A DNA stretch of 64,000 nt, from assembly GCA_964016885.1 (NCBI GenBank), contig OZ024742.1, positions 6,882,001-6,946,000 of the forward strand, read 5' to 3'. Shown in pieces: positions 52,901-64,000 of this stretch; the stretch's first letter is position 1, and every line of letters starts with the position of its first letter. Position numbers and translations under genes: made by a program. Below the pieces are notes generated by a model that saw nothing but the letters and a program-made list of their open reading frames with translations, was not told where the DNA came from and did no database searches. This stretch comes from Eledone cirrhosa (taxonomy: Eukaryota).

Positions 52901-55900
52901 CCAGTTCAGCCTCTCTCTGGTAACATACTGACACCACCATCCAGTTCAGCCTCTCTCTGGTAATATACCGTCACCAACATCTAGTTCAGCCTCTTTCTGG
53001 TAATATACTGTCACCAACATCCAGTTCAGCCTTTCTCTGGTAATATACTTTCACCAACATCCAGTTCAGCCTCTCTCTGGGAATAAACTGTCACTACCAT
53101 CCAGTTCAGCCTCTCTCTGGTAATATACCGTCACCAACATCTAGTTCAGCCTCTTTCTGGTAATATACTGTCACCAACATCCAGTTCAGCCTCTCTGTGG
53201 TAATATACTGTCACCAACATACAGTTCAGCCTCTCTCTGGTACTATACTGTCACCAACATGCAGTTCAGACTCTCTCTGGTAATATACTGTCACCACCAT
53301 CCAGTTCAGCCTCCCTCTGGTAATATACTGTCACCGACACCCAGTCCAGCTTCTCTCTGTTAATATACTGTCACCAACATCCAGTTCAGCTTCTCTCTGG
53401 TAATATACTGTCACCAACACCCAGTTCAGCTTCTCTCTGTTAATATACTGTCACCAACACACAGTTCAGCTTCTCTCTCGTGATATACTGTCACCAACAT
53501 CCAGTTCAGCTTCTCTCTGGTAATATACTGTCACCAACATCCAGTTTAGTTTCTCTCTGGTAATATAGTGTCACCAACATCTAGTACAGCCTCTCTCTGG
53601 TAATATACTGTCACCAACATCCAGTTCAACTTCACTCCGGTGATATACGGTCACCAACATCCAGTTCAATTTCTCTCTGGTAATATACTGTCACCAACAT
53701 CCAGTTCAGCATTTCTCTGGTAATATACTGTCACCAACATCCAGTTCAGCCTCTCTCTGGTAATATACTGTCACCACCATCCAGTTCAGCCTCTTTCTGG
53801 TAATATACTGTCACCAACATCCAGTTCAGCCTTTTTCTGGTAATATACTGTCACCAACATCCAGTTCAGCCTCTCTCTGGTAACATACTGTCACCAACAT
53901 CCAGTTCAGCCTCTCTCTGGTAATATACTGTCACAAACATCCAGTTCAGCTTCTCTCTGTTAATATACGGCCACCAACATCCAGTTCAATTTCTCTCTGG
54001 TAATATACTGTCACCAACATCCAGTTAAGCCTTTCTCTGGTAATATACTGTCACCAACATCCATATCAGCCTTTCTCTGGTAATATACTGTCACCAACAT
54101 CCAGTTCAGCCTCTCTCTGGTAATATACTGTCACAAATACCCAGTTCAGCCTCTCTCTGGGAATATACTGTCACTACCATCCAGTTCAGCCTCTCTCTGG
54201 TAACATACTGTCACCACCATCCAGTTCAGCCTCTCTCTGGTAATATACCGTCACCAACATCTAGTTCAGCCTCTTTCTGGTAATATACTGTCACCAACAT
54301 CCAGTTCAGCCTTTCTCTGGTAATATACTTTCACCAACATCCAGTTCAGCCTCTCTCTGGTAATATACTGTCACCACCATCCAGTTCAGCCTCTCGATAG
54401 TAATATACTGTCACCAACATCTAGTTCAGCCTCTTTCTGGTAATATACTGTCACCACCATCCAGTTCAGCCTCTCTCTGGTAATATACCGTCACCAACAT
54501 CTAGTTCAGCCTCTTTCTGGTAATATACTGTCACCAACATCCAGTTCAGCCTTTCTCTGGTAATATACTGTCACCAACATGCAGTTCAGCCGCTCTCTGG
54601 TAATATACTCTCACCAACATCCAGTTCAGCTTCTCTCTGGTAATATACTGTCACCAACATCCAGTTCAGCTTCTCTCTGGTAATATACTCTCACCAACAT
54701 CCAGTTCAGCTTCTCTCTGTTAATATACTGTCAGCAACACCCAGTTCAGCTGCTCTCTGGTGATATACTGTCACCAACATCCAGTTCAGCTCCTCTCTGG
54801 TAATATACTGTCAACACCATCCAGTTCAGCTTCTCTCTGGTAATATACTGTCACCAACATCCAGTTCAGCCTCTCTCTGGTAATATACTGTCAGCAACAT
54901 CCAGTTCAGCTTCTCTCTGGTGATAAACTGTCAAAAGCATCCAGTTCAGCTTCTCTCTGGTAATATACTGTTACCACGATCCAGTTCAGCTTCTCTCTGC
55001 TAATATACTGTCACCAACATTCAGTTCAGCCTCTCTCTGGTAATATACTGTCACCAACATCCATTTCAGCTTCTCTCTGGTAATATACTGTCACCACCAT
55101 CCAGTTCAGCCTCTCTCTGGTAATATACTCTCACCGACACCCAGTCCAGCTTCTCTCTGTTAATATACTGTCACCAACATCCAGTTCAGCTTCTCTCTGG
55201 TAATATACTGTCACCAACACCCAGTTCAGCTTCTCTCTGTTAATATACTGTCACCAACACAGAGTTCAGCTTCTCTCTCGTGATATACTGTCACCAACAT
55301 CCAGTTCAGCTTCTCTCTGGTAATATAGTGTCACCAACATCTAGTACAGCCTCTCTCTGGTAATATACTGTCACCAACATCCAGTTCAGCTTCACTCCGG
55401 TGATATACGGTCACCAACATCCAGTTCAATTTCTCTCTGGTAATATACTGTCACCAACATCCAGTTCAGCCTTTCTCTGGTAATATACTGTCACCAAAAT
55501 CCAGTTCAGCCTCTCTCTGGTAATATACTGTCACCACCATCGAGTTCAGCCTCTCACTGGTAATATACTGTCACTACCATCCAGTTCAGCCTCTCTCTGG
55601 TAATATACTGTCACTACCATCCAGTTCAGCCTCTTTCTGGTAATATACTGTCACCAACATTCAGTTCAGCCTGTCTCTGGTAATATACTGTCGCCAACAT
55701 CCAGTTCAGCCTCTCTCTGGTAATATACTGTCACCACCATCCAGTTCAGCCTCTTTCTGGTAATATACTGTCACCAACATCCAGTTCAGCCTTTCTCTGG
55801 TAATATACTGTCACCAACATCCAGTTCAGCCTCTCTCTGGTAATGTACTGTCACCACCATCCAGTTCAGCCTCTCTATGGTAATATACTGTCACCAACAT

Positions 55901-58900
55901 CTAGTTCAGCCTCTTTCTGGTAATATACTGTCACCAACATCCAGTTCAGCCTCTCTGTGGTAATATACTGTCACCAACATCCAGTTCAGCCTCTCTCTGG
56001 TAATATACTGTCACAAACACCCAGTTCAGCCTCTCTCTGGGAATATACTGTCACTACCATCCAGTTCAGGCTCTCTCTGGTAACATACTGTCACCACCAT
56101 CCAGTTCAGCCTCTCTCTGGTAATATACCGTCACCAACATCTAGTTCAGCCTCTTTCTGGTAATATACTGTCACCAACATCCAGTTCAGCCTTTCTCTGG
56201 TAATATACTTTCACCAACATCCAGTTCAGCCTCTCTCTGGTAATATACTGTCACCACCATCCAGTTCAGCCTCTCGATGGTAATATACTGTCACCAACAT
56301 CTAGTTCAGCCTCTTTCTGGTAATATACTGTCACCAACATCCAGTTCAGCCTTTCTCTGGTAATATACTGTCACCAACATCCAGTTCAGCCTCTCTCTGG
56401 TAATATACTGTTACAAACATACAGTTCAGCCTCTCTCTGGGAATATACTGTCACTACCATTCAGTTCAGCCTCTCTCTGGTAATATACCGTCACCAACAT
56501 CTAGTTCAGCCTCTTTCTGGTAATATACTGTCACCAACATCCAGTTCAGCCTCTCTGTGGTAATATACTGTCACCAACATACAGTTCAGCCTCTCTCTGG
56601 TACTATACTGTCACCAACATGCAGTTCAGCCTCTCTCTGGTAATATACTCTCACCAACATCCAGTTCAGCTTCTCTCTGGTAATATACTGTCACCAACAT
56701 CCAGTTCAGCTTCTCTCTGGTAATATACTCTCACCAACATCCAGTTCAGCTTCTCTCTGTTAATATACTGTCACCAACACCCAGTTCAGCTGCTCTCTGG
56801 TGATATACTGTCACCAACATCCAGTTCAGCTCCTCTCTGGCAATATACTGTCAACACCATCCAGTTCAGCTTCTCTCTGGTAATATACTGTCACCAACAT
56901 CCAGTTCAGCCTCTCTCTGGTAATATACTGTCACCAACATCCAGTTCGGCTTCTCTCTGGTGATAAACTGTCAAAAGCATCCAGTTCAGCTTCTCTCTGG
57001 TAATATACTGTTACCACGATCCAGTTCAGCTTCTCTCTGCTAATATACTGTCACCAACATCCAGTTCAGCCTCTCTCTGGTAATATACTGTCACCAACAT
57101 CCAGTTCAGCCTCTCTCTGGTAATATACTGTCACAAACATCCAGTTCAGCTTCTCTCTGTTAATATACGGCCACCAACATCCAGTTCAATTTCTCTCTGG
57201 TAATATACTGTCACCAACATCCAGTTCAGCCTCTCTCTGGTAATATACTGTCATCACCATCCAGTTCAGCCTCTCTCTGGTAATATACTGTCACCAACAT
57301 CCAGTTCAGCGTCTCTCTGGTAATATACTGTCACCACCATCCAGTTCAGCCTCTCTCTGGTAATATACTGTCACAAACATCCAGTTCAGCATATCTCTGG
57401 TAATATACTGTCAATACCATCCAGTTCAGCCTCTCTCTGGTAATATACTGTCACTAACATCCAGTTCAGCCTCTTTCTGGTAATATACTGTCACCAACAT
57501 CCAGTTCAGCCTTTCTCTGGTAATATACTGTCACCAACATCCAGTTCAGCCTCTCTCTGGTAACATACTGTCACCAACATCCAGTTCAGCCTCTCTCTGG
57601 TAATATACTGTCACCAACATCCAGTTCAGCCTCTCTCTGGTAAAATACTGTCACCACCATCCAGTTCAGCTTCTCTCTGGTAATATACCGTCACCAACAT
57701 CTAGTTCAGCCTCTTTCTGGTAATATACTGTCACCAACATCCAGTTCAGCCTTTCTCTGGTAATATACTGTCACCAACATCCAGTTCAGCCTCTCTCTGG
57801 TAATATTCTGTCACCACCATCCAGTTCAGCCTCTCTATGGTAATATACTGTAAACCAACATCTAGTTCAGCCTCTTTCTGGTAATATACTGTCACCAACA
57901 TCCAGTTCAGCCTTTCTCTGGTAATATATTGTCACCAACATCCAGTTCAGCCTCTCTCTGGTAATATACTGTCACAAACATCCAGTTCAGCCTCTCTCTG
58001 GGAATATACTGTCACTACCATCCAGTTCAGCCTCTCTCTGGTAATATACTGTCACAAACATCCAGTTCAGCCTCTCTCTGGTAATATACTGTCACTACCA
58101 TCCAGTTCAGCCTCTTTCTGGTAATATACTGTCACCAACATCCAGTTCAGACTTTCTCCGGTAATATACTATCACCAACATCCAGTTCAGCCTCTCTCTG
58201 GTAACATACTGACACCACCATCCAGTTCAGCCTCTCTCTGGTAATATACCGTCACCAACATCTAGTTCAGCCTCTTTCTGGTAATATACTGTCACCAACA
58301 TCCAGTTCAGCCTTTCTCTGGTAATATACTTTCACCAACATCCAGTTCAGCCTCTCTCTGGGAATAAACTGTCACTACCATCCAGTTCAGCCTCTCTCTG
58401 GTAATATACCGTCACCAACATCTAGTTCAGCCTCTTTCTGGTAATATACTGTCACCAACATCCAGTTCAGCCTCTCTGTGGTAATATACTGTCACCAACA
58501 TACAGTTCAGCCTCTCTCTGGTACTATACTGTCACCAACATGCAGTTCAGACTCTCTCTGGTAATATACTGTCACCACCATCCAGTTCAGCCTCCCTCTG
58601 GTAATATACTGTCACCGACACCCAGTCCAGCTTCTCTCTGTTAATATACTGTCACCAACATCCAGTTCAGCTTCTCTCTGGTAATATACTGTCACCAACA
58701 CCCAGTTCAGCTTCTCTCTGTTAATATACTGTCACCAACACACAGTTCAGCTTCTCTCTCGTGATATACTGTCACCAACATCCAGTTCAGCTTCTCTCTG
58801 GTAATATACTGTCACCAACATCCAGTTTAGTTTCTCTCTGGTAATATAGTGTCACCAACATCTAGTACAGCCTCTCTCTGGTAATATACTGTCACCAACA

Positions 58901-61900
58901 TCCAGTTCAACTTCACTCCGGTGATATACGGTCACCAACATCCAGTTCAATTTCTCTCTGGTAATATACTGTCACCAACATCCAGTTCAGCATTTCTCTG
59001 GTAATATACTGTCACCAACATCCAGTTCAGCCTCTCTCTGGTAATATACTGTCACCACCATCCAGTTCAGCCTCTTTCTGGTAATATACTGTCACCAACA
59101 TCCAGTTCAGCCTTTTTCTGGTAATATACTGTCACCAACATCCAGTTCAGCCTCTCTCTGGTAACATACTGTCACCAACATCCAGTTCAGCCTCTCTCTG
59201 GTAATATACTGTCACAAACATCCAGTTCAGCTTCTCTCTGTTAATATACGGCCACCAACATCCAGTTCAATTTCTCTCTGGTAATATACTGTCACCAACA
59301 TCCAGTTAAGCCTTTCTCTGGTAATATACTGTCACCAACATCCAGTTCAGCCTCTCTCTGGTAATATACTGTCATCACCATCCAGTTCAGCCTCTCTCTG
59401 GTAATATACTGTCACCAACATCCAGTTCAGCGTCTCTCTGGTAATATACTGTCACCACCATCCAGTTCAGCCTCTCTCTGGTAATATACTGTCACAAACA
59501 TCCAGTTCAGCATATCTCTGGTAATATACTGTCACTACCATCCAGTTCAGCCTCTCTCTGGTAATATACTGTCACTAACATCCAGTTCAGCCTCTTTCTG
59601 GTAATATACTGTCACCAACATCCAGTTCAGCCTTTCTCTGGTAATATACTGTCACCAACATCCAGTTCAGCCTCTCTCTGGTAACATACTGTCACCAACA
59701 TCCAGTTCAGCCTCTCTCTGGTAATATACTGTCACCAACATCCAGTTCAGCCTCTCTCTGGTAAAATACTGTCACCACCATCCAGTTCAGCCTCTCTCTG
59801 GTAATATACCGTCACCAACATCTAGTTCAGCCTCTTTCTGGTAATATACTGTCACCAACATCCAGTTCAGCCTTTCTCTGGTAATATACTGTCACCAACA
59901 TCCAGTTCAGCCTCTCTCTGGTAATATTCTGTCACCACCATCCAGTTCAGCCTCTCTATGGTAATATACTGTAAACCAACATCTAGTTCAGCCTCTTTCT
60001 GGTAATATACTGTCACCAACATCCAGTTCAGCCTTTCTCTGGTAATATACTGTCACCAACATCCAGTTCAGCCTCTCTCTGGTAATATACTGTCACAAAC
60101 ATCCAGTTCAGCCTCTCTCTGGGAATATACTGTCACTACCATCCAGTTCAGCCTCTCTCTGGTAATATACTGTCACAAACATCCAGTTCAGCCTCTCTCT
60201 GGTAATATACTGTCACTACCATCCAGTTCAGCCTCTTTCTGGTAATATACTGTCACCAACATCCAGTTCAGACTTTCTCTGGTAATATACTGTCACCAAC
60301 ATCCAGTTCAGCCTCTCTCTGGTAACATACTGACACCACCATCCAGTTCAGCCTCTCTCTGGTAATATACCGTCACCAACATCTAGTTCAGCCTCTTTCT
60401 GGTAATATACTGTCACCAACATCCAGTTCAGCCTTTCTCTGGTAATATACTTTCACCAACATCCAGTTCAGCCTCTCTCTGGGAATAAACTGTCACTACC
60501 ATCCAGTTCAGCCTCTCTCTGGTAATATACCGTCACCAACATCTAGTTCAGCCTCTTTCTGGTAATATACTGTCACCAACATCCAGTTCAGCCTCTCTGT
60601 GGTAATATACTGTCACCAACATACAGTTCAGCCTCTCTCTGGTACTATACTGTCACCAACATGCAGTTCAGACTCTCTCTGGTAATATACTCTCACCAAC
60701 ATCCAGTTCAGCTTCTCTCTGGTAATATACTGTCACCAACATCCAGTTCAGCTTCTCTCTGGTAATATACTCTCACCAACATCCAGTTCAGCTTCTCTCT
60801 GTTATTATACTGTCACCACCATCCAGTTCAGCCTCCCTCTGGTAATATACTGTCACCGACACCCAGTCCAGCTTCTCTCTGTTAATATACTGTCACCAAC
60901 ATCCAGTTCAGCTTCTCTCTGGTAATATACTGTCACCAACACCCAGTTCAGCTTCTCTCTGTTAATATACTGTCACCAACACACAGTTCAGCTTCTCTCT
61001 CGTGATATACTGTCACCAACATCCAGTTCAGCTTCTCTCTGGTAATATACTGTCACCAACATCCAGTTTAGTTTCTCTCTGGTAATATAGTGTCACCAAC
61101 ATCTAGTACAGCTTCTCTCTGGTAATATACTGTCACCAACATCCAGTTCAACTTCACTCCGGTGATATACGGTCACCAACATCCAGTTCAATTTCTCTCT
61201 GGTAATATACTGTCACCAACATCCAGTTCAGCATTTCTCTGGTAATATACTTTCACCAACATCCAGTTCAGCCTCTCTCTGGTAATATACTGTCACCACC
61301 ATCCAGTTCAGCCTCTTTCTGGTAATATACTGTCACCAACATCCAGTTCAGCCTTTTTCTGGTAATATACTGTCACCAACATCCAGTTCAGCCTCTCGCT
61401 GGTAATATACTGTCACCACCATCCAGTTCAGCCTCTCTATGGTAATATACTGTCACCAACATCTAGTTCAGCCTCTTTCTGGTAATATACTGTCACCAAC
61501 ATCCAGTTCAGCCTTTCTCTGGTAATATACTGTCACCAACATCCAGTTCAGCCTCTCTGTGGTAATATACTGTCACCAACATGCAGTTCAGCCTCTCTCT
61601 GGTGATATACTGTCACCAACATCCAGTTCAGGTTCTCTCTGGTAATATACTGTCACTACCATCCAGTTCAGCCTCTCTCTGGTAATATACTGTCACAAAC
61701 ATCCAGTTCAGCCTCTCTCTGGGAATATACTGTCACTACCATCCAGTTCAGCCTCTCTCTGGTAATATACTGTCACAAACATCCAGTTCAGCCTCTCTCT
61801 GGTAATATACTGTCACTACCATCCAGTTCAGCCTCTTTCTGGTAATATACTGTCACCAACATCCAGTTCAGACTTTCTCTGGTAATATAGGGTCACCAAC

Positions 61901-64000
61901 ATCCAGTTCAGCCTCTCTCTGGTAACATACTGACACCACCATCCAGTTCAGCCTCTCTCTGGTAATATACCGTCACCAACATCTAGTTCAGCCTCTTTCT
62001 GGTAATATACTGTCACCAACATCCAGTTCAGCCTTTCTCTGGTAATATACTTTCACCAACATCCAGTTCAGCCTCTCTCTGGGAATAAACTGTCACTACC
62101 ATCCAGTTCAGCCTCTCTCTGGTAATATACCGTCACCAACATCTAGTTCAGCCTCTTTCTGGTAATATACTGTCACCAACATCCAGTTCAGCCTCTCTGT
62201 GGTAATATACTGTCACCAACATACAGTTCAGCCTCTCTCTGGTACTATACTGTCACCAACATGCAGTTCAGACTCTCTCTGGTAATATACTCTCACCAAC
62301 ATCCAGTTCAGCTTCTCTCTGGTAATATACTGTCACCAACATCCAGTTCAGCTTCTCTCTGGTAATATACTCTCACCAACATCCAGTTCAGCTTCTCTCT
62401 GTTAATATACTGTCACCACCATCCAGTTCAGCCTCCCTCTGGTAATATACTGTCACCGACACCCAGTCCAGCTTCTCTCTGTTAATATACTGTCACCAAC
62501 ATCCAGTTCAGCTTCTCTCTGGTAATATACTGTCACCAACACCCAGTTCAGCTTCTCTCTGTTAATATACTGTCACCAACACACAGTTCAGCTTCTCTCT
62601 CGTGATATACTGTCACCAACATCCAGTTCAGCTTCTCTCTGGTAATATACTGTCACCAACATCCAGTTTAGTTTCTCTCTGGTAATATAGTGTCACCAAC
62701 ATCTAGTACAGCTTCTCTCTGGTAATATACTGTCACCAACATCCAGTTCAACTTCACTCCGGTGATATACGGTCACCAACATCCAGTTCAATTTCTCTCT
62801 GGTAATATACTGTCACCAACATCCAGTTCAGCATTTCTCTGGTAATATACTGTCACCAACATCCAGTTCAGCCTCTTTCTGGTAATATACTGTCACCAAC
62901 ATCCAGTTCAGCCTTTTTCTGGTAATATACTGTCACCAACATCCAGTTCAGCCTCTCGCTGGTAATATACTGTCACCACCATCCAGTTCAGCCTCTCTAT
63001 GGTAATATACTGTCACCAACATCTAGTTCAGCCTCTTTCTGGTAATATACTGTCACCAACATCCAGTTCAGCCTTTCTCTGGTAATATACTGTCACCAAC
63101 ATCCAGTTCAGCCTCTCTGTGGTAATATACTGTCACCAACATGCAGTTCAGCCTCACTCTGGTGATATACTGTCACCAACATCCAGTTCAGGTTCTCTCT
63201 GGTAATATACTGTCACCAACATCCAGTTTAGTTTCTCTCTGGTAATATAGTGTCACCAACATCCAGTTTAGTTTCTCTCTGGTAATATAGTGTCACCAAC
63301 ATCTAGTACAGCCTCTCTCTGGTAATATACTGTCACCAACATCCAGTTCAGCTTCACTCCGGTGATATACGGTCACCAACATCCAGTTCAATTTCTCTCT
63401 GGTAATATACTGTCACCAACATCCAGTTCAGCCTTTCTCTGGTAATATACTGTCACCAACATCCAGTTCAGCCTCTCTCTGGTAATATACTGTCACCATC
63501 ATCCAGTTCAGCCTCTCTCTGGTAATATACTGTCACCACCATCCAGTTCAGCCACTCTCTGGTAATATACTATCACCACCATCCAGTTCAGCCTCTCTCT
63601 GGTAATATACTGTCACAAACTTCCAGTTCAGCCTATCTCTGGTAATATACTGTCACTACCATCCAGTTCAGCCTCTCTCTGGTAATATACTGTCACTACC
63701 ATCCAGTTCAGCCTCTTTCTGGTAATATACTGTCACCAACATCCAGTTCAGCCTTTCTCTGGTAATATACTGTCACAAACATCCAGTTCAGTCTCTCTCT
63801 GGTAATATACTGTCACCACCATCCAGTTCAGCCTCTCTATGGTAATATACTGTCACCAACTTCTAGTTCAGCCTCTTTCTGGTAATATACTGTCACCAAC
63901 ATCCAGTTCAGCCTTTCTCTGGTAATATACTGTCACCAACATCCAGTTAGCCTCTCTCTGGTAATATACTGTCACTACCATCCAGTTCAGCCTCTCTCTG
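7961..64000 (+). repeat. 40-bp tandem satellite array, about 1,400 head-to-tail monomers, open at the window end; consensus TCTGGTAATATACTGTCACCAACATCCAGTTCAGCYTCTC
   Basis: Strict 40-bp period throughout in a single orientation. I saw no foreign insertion and counted only 11 small phase shifts. The consensus is about 45% GC, C-rich on the + strand (13 C vs 5 G) and has no CpG. Confidence 0.99.

Noticed and set aside
14841-56163. Short ORFs within the satellite (IYCHQHPVQ... peptides, superficially Cys/His-rich)
   Set aside because: 40 is not a multiple of 3, so frames rotate and hit TAA/TGA regularly. The ORFs appear only where a variant removes a stop.
7961-64000. CRISPR array
   Set aside because: The 40-bp units are directly adjacent with no unique spacers, there are no cas genes, and the context is eukaryotic.

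Overview
Eukaryotic, AT-rich, gene-poor repetitive DNA, probably from an invertebrate; a degenerate tRNA-type SINE recalls octopus SINEs, which is recognition from memory and not a search result. Bases 1-7960 are a mosaic of (TA)n and other microsatellites carrying one 5'-truncated Penelope-like retroelement (PLE: RT plus C-terminal GIY-YIG endonuclease, minus strand, 1755-3740). It has inverted pseudo-LTRs and a hammerhead-like motif. The same region holds three ORF-less foldback inserts, two of which clearly share the PLE's tail/arm/spacer/arm layout. From 7961 to the window end (about 56 kb) is one uninterrupted head-to-tail array of a 40-bp satellite (about 1,400 monomers) with multi-kb internal duplications and a positional gradient of variants. 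The array begins exactly at the end of a 133-bp-arm inverted repeat. No host gene, rRNA, tRNA or CRISPR array is supported. Nearly all short ORFs in the track are translations of repeats or of the PLE antisense strand.
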